From assembly GCA_963717955.1 (NCBI GenBank), contig CAVQXR010000002.1, positions 371,256 through 435,255 of the forward strand: a DNA stretch of 64,000 nt, read 5' to 3'. A program made the translations under genes and the position numbers. Within the stretch, counting starts at the first letter, position 1. Every line of letters starts with the position of its first letter. The notes below the pieces were generated by a model. That model searched no databases. It saw only the letters and a list, made by a program, of their open reading frames with translations, and was not told the origin of the DNA. Of the stretch, positions 46,898-55,282 are shown one piece after another. The DNA comes from an uncultured Thermoleophilia bacterium. GTDB taxonomy: Bacteria; Actinomycetota; Thermoleophilia; Gaiellales; Gaiellaceae.

Positions 46898-47350
46898 ATG
46901 TCGAGCGAACACCACCTCGCCTACAAGGAGCCCGAGAAGATCAAGTCGATCGACGCCGAGTTCCTCTCGGGGAAGCGGTTCCCCTACCAGGAGAACCCGT
47001 CGCTCGTCGAGGACGTCGACCTGATGGCGTTGACGCCGGGCAAGGACCTCAACTGGCTCGAGGACGTCCATCTCCTCGAGGAAGACGGCGTCCCCGCGGT
47101 CTTCGATCGCTACTCGAACAGCTTCATCAAGATCTACTTCCCGATCCCCGAGGGGCGCGAGGACGAGATGGCCCGCAAGGTGCTGATGACCCACCTGACC
47201 TCGGGCAACTCCTACGGCATCCAGCTGAAAGAAGTCCACTGCAAGTTTCCGCAGCCGGAGCTGGGGTCGTGGGTCGAGGAGTCGGCGACGGTCGGGACAG
47301 CCTGGAAGCGCCAGGTTCTCGAGGGCTTCGAGAAGCCGACCGGGCACTAG
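46898..47350 (+). CDS. hypothetical protein, last gene of the GmaS/Mgs-like operon
   Basis: 150-aa ORF starting 10 nt after the upstream stop. Host-like codon usage and no motif recognised. Confidence 0.5.
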   Translation: MSSEHHLAYKEPEKIKSIDAEFLSGKRFPYQENPSLVEDVDLMALTPGKDLNWLEDVHLLEEDGVPAVFDRYSNSFIKIYFPIPEGREDEMARKVLMTHLTSGNSYGIQLKEVHCKFPQPELGSWVEESATVGTAWKRQVLEGFEKPTGH

Positions 47351-47458
47351 CGGCCGGCTTGGCCGGCCGCGACCCGCGATCGCGGGCGCGGAAGCGCCTA
47401 GGCGGCTGAGCGGCCGGCTCGGCCGGCCGCGACCCGCGATCGCGGGCGCGGAAGCGCC
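47349..47458. repeat. two 50-bp direct repeats (49/50 identical) separated by 10 bp, each able to form two GC hairpins
   Basis: 47349-47398 and 47409-47458 both read agcggccggct[t/c]ggccggccgcgacccgcgatcgcgggcgcggaagcgcc. They lie immediately after the stop at 47348-47350. Confidence 0.85.
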
Positions 47459-47643
47459 CGCACCGCTCCGTCCTCTCGGGCGCGCTCCGCGTCAGGATGG
47501 CCGACGGGAAGGATTTCGACCTCGAGGCCGGCGACGTGAACGTACGCCCGCCCGGCCAGGATGCCTGGATGGTCGGCGACGAACCGGCGGTCGCCATCGA
47601 CCGGGTTCCCCCCCCCCCGTGCAGGGACGGCGGGCCGCGCTTC

Positions 47644-48831
47644 TCAGGAGGCGCGCGCCGCAACCGGCGCGGGCGCACCGAGCGGGATCCACCGCACGGC
47701 CACGAGGAACGCCAGGCAGACGGCGGTGAGGAGTGCGTACGCGGCGTTGACGCCGAAGGCCTCCGCAACCGCACCGCCGACGATCGAGCCGACGATCGTG
47801 CCGGGCGCCCAGGCCGCGTTCGCGAGCGCGAAGCCGTACGCGTGCTCGAGCCCCGTCGCATCGGAGCCGCGCGCGATGAGCGTCGAGCCGAGGAGGTAGA
47901 ACGACACGAAGGCGATCGCGGCCGCGCCGACGAGCACCGCGAGCGTCCAGTGACCGTCGAGGAAGGGGAGCGCGAGCAGCGACGCGAGAGCCGCGGAGAT
48001 CGAAAGCGAGAGGACGATCGGCGTCCGGGGATCCACCCGATCGAGCCAGCGGCCGTAGAGGGGGTTCCAGCAGGCCTGGATCGCGGCCGCGACGATGAAG
48101 ATCGCCCCGATCGCGGAGACGCTCCAGCCGGCGTCGCTCAGCCGCAGCGGCGCGACCGTGTTCTGGGCGCCCATGAGCAGCGACGGGAGGAGGTACAGGC
48201 AGACCCCGACGGCCAGGGCGGGGTTGCGAAGCGCCCCGAAGGCCTTTCGGTACGACTGCCGCGTGGCGGGGACCGTCGGCAGCGCGAGCGCGATCACGGC
48301 GAGAAGCGCGATCCCGATCCCGATCCCCACGAACGTCGCCCGCGTGCCGACGTTGGCGCCGAGCACCCCGAACGCCGGCCCGGCGAGTGCGCCGCTCACC
48401 GTGGCCGTGGCCTGCCACCCGAGGTAGCGCCCGCGCCGATCCGGCGGGGCCGCCCCGGTCAGCCACGAGATCCCCGCAGTCCACGCGACCGAGCTGGCCG
48501 CTCCCTGCCCGAACCGCGCCGCCTCGAGCGCGGCCGTCGAGTCGGCGAGACCGAACGCGGCGCTCGTCACGGCCATCAGCGTGAGGCCGAGGATGGCCGT
48601 CGCCTTCACGCCGACTCGGCCCACGAGCGCCCCCGCGGGGAAGGCGAGGACGAACGCCCCCAGCGCGAACGACGCGACCAGGCGTCCCGACTCCGACGGC
48701 CCGAAGCCGAGCTCTTCGCGGAAGTGGGGAAGGAGGGGCGAGAGCGCCGAGATCATCGCGACGTCGATGAACTGGATCGCGCACGCGATGAGGACGATGA
48801 AGCGGAGCTGCCGGCGCCCGGGGACGGCCAT
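47644..48831 (-). CDS. MFS transporter
   Basis: This is the C-terminal 395 codons of the 905-aa track ORF, from ATG 48831 (MAVPGRRQLRFIVLIACAIQF...). There are 12 hydrophobic spans. The upstream part of that ORF is antisense shadow. Confidence 0.85.
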   Translation of the reverse strand: MAVPGRRQLRFIVLIACAIQFIDVAMISALSPLLPHFREELGFGPSESGRLVASFALGAFVLAFPAGALVGRVGVKATAILGLTLMAVTSAAFGLADSTAALEAARFGQGAASSVAWTAGISWLTGAAPPDRRGRYLGWQATATVSGALAGPAFGVLGANVGTRATFVGIGIGIALLAVIALALPTVPATRQSYRKAFGALRNPALAVGVCLYLLPSLLMGAQNTVAPLRLSDAGWSVSAIGAIFIVAAAIQACWNPLYGRWLDRVDPRTPIVLSLSISAALASLLALPFLDGHWTLAVLVGAAAIAFVSFYLLGSTLIARGSDATGLEHAYGFALANAAWAPGTIVGSIVGGAVAEAFGVNAAYALLTAVCLAFLVAVRWIPLGAPAPVAARAS

Positions 48832-49060
48832 CGACCTGACGCTACACGCCGGCGTGACCAGCGCCGGCTCCTGCCGAGAGGCCTCGCTCGGGGAGCACTT
48901 GCGGGAGCGAGAGCAGGCTGGCGAGGTCACCCGGCGACGATCGCGCATGCGGGCGAGCCCCCGGCAACCGCGGCGACCCCGCCACGACCAGCGAGCCCAC
49001 GACCTGAACGAATCGGGCACCGGCGAGCGCGAGCGGCGGCCGGCATGCCATCGCGGGAGC

Positions 49061-49149
49061 CTAGTGCTCCGTCTCGGAAGTGGCTTGACGATTCCGGCGC
49101 CGCTTTGCAGCCGCCCGGGATCCAAGGGATTTCCGGGACGGAGCATTAG
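49061..49149 (+). repeat. CTAG-bounded inverted-repeat element, copy E (89-bp internal-deletion derivative)
   Basis: ctagtgctccgtctcggaa...ttccgggacggagcattag. Both flanks align to the outer 30-45 nt of copy C, and the central part is absent. Confidence 0.8.
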
Positions 49150-49242
49150 CCTGCCGCTCCTGGTTGACGCCGCTCCACCGGTCACGTATGAACCCCTGCG
49201 ACACGCTCGGACGGCCTGCCCGACGAGAGGAGCGACAGCCGG

Positions 49243-50247
49243 ATGGTTCGCATCGCCGAGTACTTCGACCCGTACTACACGCCGTTCTGGACGATCCTGC
49301 GACAGATCGGGGTCGAGGGCGCGATCTCGAAGCTCGACCGCCGGTTCGACGGCGAGTGGAACGACTCCGGCGACAGGCCGTGGGACTACCCGCCGCTGCA
49401 CGCGATGAAGCGGCGGTACGAGGAGGCGGGGCTCGAGCTGCTCGGGATAGAGGACTACCCGCCGATGGACAGGATCCGGCTCGGGCTGCCGGGGCGGGAC
49501 GAGGAGATCGAGGCGGTCTGCACGCTGATCCGGAACATGGGCAGCCTCGGGATCCCGTTGCTCTGTTACAACTGGATGGGCTGCATCAACTGGGTTCGCA
49601 CGGACATCGCCCGGCCGGGGCGGGCCGGGGCGAAGGTGACGGCCTTCCGTGCTGCGGACATGGGTGAGCCCGGGCCGACATGGGCGGGCGAGGTGCCCGC
49701 GGAGCAGCTGTGGCGCGCGTGGGAGCACTTCATGGACATCGCCGCGCCCGTCGCGGAGAAGGCCGGCGTCAGGCTCGCGCTGCATCCGGACGACCCTCCG
49801 GTCGGCGAGGTCCGCGGGATCGCGCGGATCATGAACACCGTCGAGTCGTACGACCGCGCGATGGCGTACGTCGAGAGCGAGGCGAACGCGATCTGCCTCT
49901 GTCAGGGGAACTTCGCGCTCTTCTGCGACGATCTCCCCGCCGTGATCCGGCACTTCGGCGGGAAGGGCCATCTCGCCTTCGGCCACTTCCGGGACGTGCA
50001 GGGAACGGCGCTCGACTTCGTCGAGACGTTCCACGACGAGGGCATGACGGACAAGGTCGCGTGCATGGAGGCGTGGCACGAGGTCGGAGGCGACATCGTG
50101 CTGCGCCCCGACCATGTGCCGACGCTCGAGGGCGAGTCGAACGACGACCCCGCCTACGCCTGGCTCGGCCGTCTGCACGCCGTCGGCTACCTCCAGGGCC
50201 TGCGCGCGGCGGCCGTGCATCGCACGGCGACGTCGGGCTCGCGGTGA
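49243..50247 (+). CDS. mannonate dehydratase (UxuA)-like TIM-barrel protein
   Basis: 334-aa ORF. LCYNWMG, LALHPDDPP and RPDHVP are blocks typical of the UxuA family. Confidence 0.7.
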   Translation: MVRIAEYFDPYYTPFWTILRQIGVEGAISKLDRRFDGEWNDSGDRPWDYPPLHAMKRRYEEAGLELLGIEDYPPMDRIRLGLPGRDEEIEAVCTLIRNMGSLGIPLLCYNWMGCINWVRTDIARPGRAGAKVTAFRAADMGEPGPTWAGEVPAEQLWRAWEHFMDIAAPVAEKAGVRLALHPDDPPVGEVRGIARIMNTVESYDRAMAYVESEANAICLCQGNFALFCDDLPAVIRHFGGKGHLAFGHFRDVQGTALDFVETFHDEGMTDKVACMEAWHEVGGDIVLRPDHVPTLEGESNDDPAYAWLGRLHAVGYLQGLRAAAVHRTATSGSR

Positions 50248-50900
50248 CCGGCGCCGATCGGATCCGGACGGCGTTCGCGACGGCCTCGGCCGCCCTCGTC
50301 TCCGACGCGCTCGACCGGTTGGGAGTCCGCGACCACACGCTCGATCCGGCGATCCGGCCACTCGACCCCGGCAAGACGCTGGTCGGGCTGGCCGTGCCCG
50401 TGATCGTGAGCGCCACGGATGTGATCCCGAACGAGCCGTATCAGGGCGAGATGGCCGCGCTCGACTCGTTGCGGCCCGGCGAGGTGCCGGTCTACGCGGT
50501 CGAGCCCGGTGTCCAGGCGGCGCTGTGGGGCGAGCTCTTCTCCTGCGCCGCGGTCGGGCGCGGGGCCGTCGGGGCGGTCGTCGACGGGCCGGTCCGCGAT
50601 GCGGTGCTCATCCGCGAGCTGGGCTTCCCGGTGTTCGGTCGAGGGTTCTCGCCCCTCGACACGCAGGGCCGGGCCGAGGTCGTCGGGTGGCGCGAGCCGG
50701 CGCTCTGCGGCGGGGTGCTCGTCCACCCGGGAGACGTCGTCGTCGCGGACGAGGACGGTGTCGTCGTCTGCCCGGCGGCCGTCGCGGTAGAGGCCGCCGC
50801 CACGTGTCAGGGCAGGGCGCGCGACGAGGACGGCGCCCGCGCGGACCTGAAGGCGGGTGCGAGCATCTTCGAGGTCTGGGAGCGCTGGCGGGCGCTCTGA
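50244..50900 (+). CDS. RraA-family protein (4-hydroxy-4-methyl-2-oxoglutarate aldolase / oxaloacetate decarboxylase-like)
   Basis: The GTG 50244 start overlaps the upstream TGA as GTGA. SDALDRLG...GGVAVVDGPVRD-like pattern (AVGAVVDGPVRD) and GDVVVADEDGVVV. Confidence 0.8.
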   Translation: MTGADRIRTAFATASAALVSDALDRLGVRDHTLDPAIRPLDPGKTLVGLAVPVIVSATDVIPNEPYQGEMAALDSLRPGEVPVYAVEPGVQAALWGELFSCAAVGRGAVGAVVDGPVRDAVLIRELGFPVFGRGFSPLDTQGRAEVVGWREPALCGGVLVHPGDVVVADEDGVVVCPAAVAVEAAATCQGRARDEDGARADLKAGASIFEVWERWRAL

Positions 50901-50960
50901 CGCTCGCGGCGATACGATGTCGCTCCGACGCGATTGACGGACGGGAAGGAAAGGAAGCCT

Positions 50961-51101
50961 GTGGGCAACAGCGGGACGCTCGGCGGGACGTTCTGGTTCG
51001 CTGGATGGCTGTTCACGATCGGCTACGCGAGGCCGGCCTGGTGGGAGGACATCGTGGCGATCGTCATCTGGCCGTACTACCTCGGCTCGTCGCTGATGTA
51101 A
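50961..51101 (+). CDS. 46-aa small membrane protein (not in the ORF track)
   Basis: GTG is preceded by GGAAGGAAAGGAAG. The peptide is VGNSGTLGGTFWFAGWLFTIGYARPAWWEDIVAIVIWPYYLGSSLM-stop. 44 of 46 codons end in G/C. Confidence 0.45.
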   Translation: MGNSGTLGGTFWFAGWLFTIGYARPAWWEDIVAIVIWPYYLGSSLM

Positions 51102-51121
51102 TTCTCCCCGGGGAGCGTCAC

Positions 51122-51775
51122 CTACTCCTCGACTTCGTAATCGACGCTTGCTCTTGCGCGGGTGACCGCGCCAGCATCGACACAGCACGCGGAGGCATCG
51201 AACGCGACGCTCTGCCCGGGAGGTAGCGCGGCGCCGCTCCCGCCCGAGGCGAGGGAATTGAGGGGCGTCGAGCCTCCGCCGATGACCGAGCCGCTGGCGT
51301 CGAAGAGCACGAAGGAAACGGGGGCGCCGTCGGAGAGCGTCACGTCGAGGGTGTTCTCGACCACGCCGCGGACATGGAGCCCGTCCTCGCCGATCGGGGT
51401 CCGGACGTGCCTGACCTCGGGGAGCCGATAAGCGGCCGGGGCGGTCTCGGTCACTTCGATGAACGTCTCCACGCCCGTGGCTTCGTCGCCTGACTCCAAG
51501 CCGAGCACGTCACCGAGGTAGTAGGTCGTGTCGGATCACCTGGATCGTCATGAGGGGTTGGGCGAGCAGGCGCCCGTCCTTCGCGAGGATGTTCGCCCAG
51601 ACGGTCACGTCGAGGGCGTCCTCGTTCGGGGAGACGTTGCGCAGCACGACTCCGTAGCTGACGAGCCGGCCGTCCTGGCTGACACCCATCTTCGCGGGCC
51701 GTCCTCGCAGCCAGCCGCAAGGCCTCCAGCGAGAACCGTCAGAAGCCCTGTCAGGACCAGGTTCGTCCGCCTCAC
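51122..51775 (-). pseudogene. lipoprotein gene broken by two frameshifts
   Basis: GAAGGAGG-N6-GTG (51775) opens MRRTNLVLTGLLTVLAGGLAAGC (lipobox). The frame then changes to ...AKMGVSQDGRLVSYGVVLRNVSPNEDALDVTVWANILAKDGRLLAQPLMTIQV (ORF 51510-51869). It changes again to DTTYYLGDVLGLESGDEATGVETF... (ORF 51122-51508). Confidence 0.6.
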
Positions 51776-51888
51776 GTCCGCCTCCTTCGGTCGAAGGGCT
51801 CGCTGGTCGCAGAATCGTCACAGACGAGGCAGGCGGTCGGCGCGATCGCGACTCGGCGGTCGCCCTCATCCACCCGGCGGGCCCGGCG

Positions 51889-52629
51889 CTAAGGGCGCGC
51901 GACCCGGGAGCCGCCCACGATCGCGCGGCGGCCGTCCCCGTACTCGACCAGCGCCTTGTGCGTCCCGTCGTAGTCCGGGCCCCAGAGCAACAGCGTCGCC
52001 GGGGTTCCCGCGACCGTGCAGGGCTCGGCGGTCTCCGGGTCGAGCCCGCGCCAGACGCGGATGAACGGGTTGCGCTCCCACTCCTCGCCGATCGTCGAGG
52101 GCTCCCGATGCCCGGGGTGGATCCCTGTCTCGGGGGGGAGTGCCATGAGCCGCTCCATGATCGAGTGGAGCTGATCCTCGTAGCCCGTGGGGCCTCCGTC
52201 GGCCGTTCCTCCCACCGTCCCGCGGAACAGGCAGTCGGCGGTGAGACAGGCCGATCCGTTCACCAGCAGCGCAAGATGATCTCGGCAGTGCCCGGGCGTT
52301 GCAATCACGCGGATCTCGAGCTCGCCGGTGCCGATCACATCGTTATCGCCGATCGCCTCGTCCACGTGGACGCCTGCCGCTGAGGCGAGCGGGTGCGCGA
52401 GGACGGGAACGCCGAAGCGCTCCGCGTCGTCCTCGCAGGTGACGACGTGGTCCGCATGGTGGTGCGTGACGACGACGTGCGTGATGGTGACCCCGAGCGC
52501 GTCCGCGGCGTCGAGGAGCGGCAGGTTGATGCCGTTCGAGTCGACGAGCACGCCGTGGCCGCCCTCGCGGTCCGCGACGAGATAGGCGTTCGAGAGCCAG
52601 GTCGGATGCTCGGTCCTCTCGATGATCAC
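51889..52629 (-). CDS. MBL-fold metallo-hydrolase (hydroxyacylglutathione-hydrolase-like)
   Basis: VVVTHHHADHV motif. 246 aa. Confidence 0.8.
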   Translation of the reverse strand: MIIERTEHPTWLSNAYLVADREGGHGVLVDSNGINLPLLDAADALGVTITHVVVTHHHADHVVTCEDDAERFGVPVLAHPLASAAGVHVDEAIGDNDVIGTGELEIRVIATPGHCRDHLALLVNGSACLTADCLFRGTVGGTADGGPTGYEDQLHSIMERLMALPPETGIHPGHREPSTIGEEWERNPFIRVWRGLDPETAEPCTVAGTPATLLLWGPDYDGTHKALVEYGDGRRAIVGGSRVARP

Positions 52630-52654
52630 GTTTCCTCCCGGGGAGTGTGCGGCC

Positions 52655-53761
52655 TCAGTCGAGCTCGATCACGCTGCGGATGCCGTCCTGCGCCTCCATC
52701 AGCTCGAACCCGCGGTTCACCTCGTCGAGCGTGATCCGGTGCGAGATCAGCGACTCGACGTCGATCTCGCCGGCGAGCCAGCGATCGACCAGTTGCGGCA
52801 CCTGCGTCCGTCCCTTGACGCCGCCGAACGAGGACCCGGCGACCCGGCGCCCCGTGATCAGAAGACGCGGCACGATGTCGAGGGTCTCGCCCTTGCCCGC
52901 CACCCCGCACATCGTCGCGAGCCCCCAGGCCTCCCTGGCGGCCTCGACCGCCTGGCGCATGACCGAGACGTTGCCCGTCGCCTCGAACGTGTAGTCGGCG
53001 CCGTACCCGCCGGTCTCCTGCCGGATCCACTCCACGGTGTCCGCGCCGGCGAGCCTCGTGTCCGTGGCACCGTGGTGGCCGGCCTGCGCGAGGCGCGATC
53101 CGGCCAGGTCGATCGCGAAGATCCGCCCGGCCCCGGCGAGGCGGCAGCCGATCACGGCTCCCAGCCCGACGAGCCCGCAGCCGAAGACCGCGCAGGTCGA
53201 CCCGGGCTCGACCCCGGCCGTCCACAGGGCGGCGCCGATACCGGTCGAGAGCCCGCAGGCAAACGGGGCACAACCCGCGAGCGGGGCCTCGGGGTCGACC
53301 TTCGCGAGCGCGATCTCGGGCAGCACCGCGTACTCGGCGAAGGTCGAGGTGCCCATGAAGTGTCGCAGCGGCTCGCCGCCGCGCGAGAGCCGTGTCGTCC
53401 CGTCCGGCAGGTAGCCGAGCCCCTGCTGGTCACGGATCGCGATGCAGCGGTTCGTCCGGGAGCTGAGGCAGTGCACGCACGTTCCGCATTCCGGGGCGAA
53501 CAACGTCACGACGTGATCCCCGGGCCGGACGAGCGACACTCCCTCCCCGACGCGCTCGACCACTCCGGAGCCCTCGTGGCCGAGGACGCACGGCGCGTAG
53601 CCCGTCGGGTCCGTACCCGACGCCGTGTACAGATCCGTGTGGCAGACGCCGCAGGCGTGCAGCCGGACGAGGGCCTCACCCGCCTTCGGCTCGGCGAGGT
53701 CGACCTCCTCGACGACGAGCGGCGCCCCGAACTCCTCGAGCACCGCGGCCCGGATCTTCAT
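52655..53761 (-). CDS. zinc-dependent class-III alcohol dehydrogenase / S-(hydroxymethyl)thiol (formaldehyde) dehydrogenase-like
   Basis: From ATG 53761, MKIRAAVLEEFGAPLVVEEVDL. GVCHTD, GHEGSGVV, CGTCVHC, VFGCGLVGLG and C-terminal DGIRSVIEL. The upstream part of the 662-aa track ORF is shadow. Confidence 0.85.
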   Translation of the reverse strand: MKIRAAVLEEFGAPLVVEEVDLAEPKAGEALVRLHACGVCHTDLYTASGTDPTGYAPCVLGHEGSGVVERVGEGVSLVRPGDHVVTLFAPECGTCVHCLSSRTNRCIAIRDQQGLGYLPDGTTRLSRGGEPLRHFMGTSTFAEYAVLPEIALAKVDPEAPLAGCAPFACGLSTGIGAALWTAGVEPGSTCAVFGCGLVGLGAVIGCRLAGAGRIFAIDLAGSRLAQAGHHGATDTRLAGADTVEWIRQETGGYGADYTFEATGNVSVMRQAVEAAREAWGLATMCGVAGKGETLDIVPRLLITGRRVAGSSFGGVKGRTQVPQLVDRWLAGEIDVESLISHRITLDEVNRGFELMEAQDGIRSVIELD

Positions 53762-53871
53762 GCCGGCGATCCTATCGAGGCGTGGCGCGGGCCGGCAGCC
53801 GTGTCCGTCGCTCGCAGGGAGCAGGCGACCTGCGGCGAACAGGGCATCCGGAGAGCACTCGGGTGGACGCG

Positions 53872-55272
53872 ATGAATCCAACCGTGGCCGAGCGGCTTCC
53901 ACGCCGCATCGGCGGCTACGACCCTCGCGACGTCGACGAGCTGGTCGGCGTGCTGCAGCGCGAGCTCGGCGAGAAGGAGCTCGCACTGCACGACCTGCGG
54001 GCGAGGCTCGTCGAGCTCGACCAGGCGCTCGCGCGGCGGCACGGGCTCGAGCGCCGCCTGCAGGAGACGCAGGTCGAGGCACAGAGCGAGGCGAAGCAGC
54101 TGAGGGAGGCCGCCCGGCGATGGGTTGAGGAGCGACGGGCGTCGACCCGCGAGGCGATCGCCTCGCGGCGGGCCGAGCTCGAGCAGGAGCTCGCCGCGCT
54201 CGGTCGCTGGGATGCGGAGCTCGACGCCGTGGAGAGCAGCATGCGTGCCGGCTGCCGGGCCGTGCTCGCCGCCGGGCTCGCCGCGCTCGGCGACGGCACG
54301 GGACGGCGAGCAGAGGACCTGGCGCCGGTGCAATTCGACGAGCCCGTGCAGGAGCAGCTCGAGCAGGTCGACGAGCACTGGCCCGGTCAGGCCGGCGAGC
54401 AGCCGCCGGTCGCGTTCCCCGACGACATGTCCGACGAGGAAGGATCGATGCTGGTACCGCTCGCGTGGGGGCCGGTCGGGGAGTTGCCCGGCGACGCCGA
54501 GGACGTCGTCGTCGAGGACTGGACGACCGACGAGCTGGCGGTGGTGATTCCGGCCGGGCCCAAGCTCCCGGCCTGGTCCGAGCCCGGCGTTGCCTGGCCG
54601 GCCGTCGAGCTGCTCTCGGATGAGCCCGACCCGTTCGCACCACCGTCGTTCGGACCTGCAGGGATCCGGATCCTCGCCCGCTCCGGCGGCAGCGAGCCGA
54701 CCCCTCCGGCCGTTCACCGCACCGGACGGAGGATGGGCCTGCTCGCAGTGGCGATCTGCGCCGTCCTGATCGGAGGCGTCGGTCTCGCCGTGGCGGCGCT
54801 CCTGACGCGCGGGGACTCGCCCTCCACGCCCGACGCCGCCGCGGCGAAGCAGGCGACCGTCTCGACGGCGCCGGACGCTGGCGTCACAGAGCCACCGCCC
54901 GCGGTGGCGATCGACGACGACCCGCCCGCGGAGGCGGCGCCGGCGACCGGCGCGGAGCCGTCGGCGACCGACGCGGAGGCCGCGGCGGAGAACGCAGCGC
55001 CGCTCCGGCCGGTCACGCTCGCGCTGACGGGCAGGGGAGGCGAGACCTGGGTCCTCGTCCGGCGCGGCTCCGGAACCGGGGCGGAGCTGTTCGACGGCTT
55101 CCTGCTTCCGGGCGAGTCACGTACCTTCCAGGGGCGCCGGCTGTGGGTGCGCATGGGCCAGCCCACGACGCTGAGCGTCGAGCTCGACGGCAGGGAACCG
55201 AAGGGGCTGCCCAGCGGGACGGCGAGCGTGGTGTTCACGGAGGACGGCGTCGAGATCCTCGAGGGGAGATGA
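53872..55272 (+). CDS. DivIVA-domain / RodZ-C (DUF4115)-like membrane protein
   Basis: N-terminal GGYDPRDVDELV plus coiled coil, a central TM (LLAVAICAVLIGGVGLAVAALL), and C-terminal LTGRGGETWVLVRRG...LWVRMGQPTTLSVELDG. Confidence 0.6.
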   Translation: MNPTVAERLPRRIGGYDPRDVDELVGVLQRELGEKELALHDLRARLVELDQALARRHGLERRLQETQVEAQSEAKQLREAARRWVEERRASTREAIASRRAELEQELAALGRWDAELDAVESSMRAGCRAVLAAGLAALGDGTGRRAEDLAPVQFDEPVQEQLEQVDEHWPGQAGEQPPVAFPDDMSDEEGSMLVPLAWGPVGELPGDAEDVVVEDWTTDELAVVIPAGPKLPAWSEPGVAWPAVELLSDEPDPFAPPSFGPAGIRILARSGGSEPTPPAVHRTGRRMGLLAVAICAVLIGGVGLAVAALLTRGDSPSTPDAAAAKQATVSTAPDAGVTEPPPAVAIDDDPPAEAAPATGAEPSATDAEAAAENAAPLRPVTLALTGRGGETWVLVRRGSGTGAELFDGFLLPGESRTFQGRRLWVRMGQPTTLSVELDGREPKGLPSGTASVVFTEDGVEILEGR

Positions 55273-55282
55273 CGGAGCGGGC

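Noticed and set aside
47349-47458. Tandem repeats (here and at 34921-35008) considered as CRISPR arrays
   Set aside because: There are only two full units each. The spacers are 10 nt or absent, and no cas genes are present. The repeat and spacer geometry is wrong for CRISPR.
47497-47640. Plus-strand start of ORF 47497-49149 (MADGKDFDLEAGDVNVRPPGQDAWMVGDEPAVAIDRV), which resembles the C-terminal strands of a cupin
   Set aside because: It is only about 40 residues with no upstream N-terminal half (tandem repeats lie there), and it runs through the C11 tract into antisense of the MFS gene. At best it is a gene fragment.
48832-50361. N-terminal 510 residues of the 905-aa minus-strand ORF 47644-50361, and likewise the upstream part of ORF 52655-54643
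   Set aside because: Only the C-terminal parts (the MFS from ATG 48831 and the ADH from ATG 53761) have protein-like composition. The remainder is antisense to the UxuA-like/RraA genes and to the DivIVA-like gene respectively.
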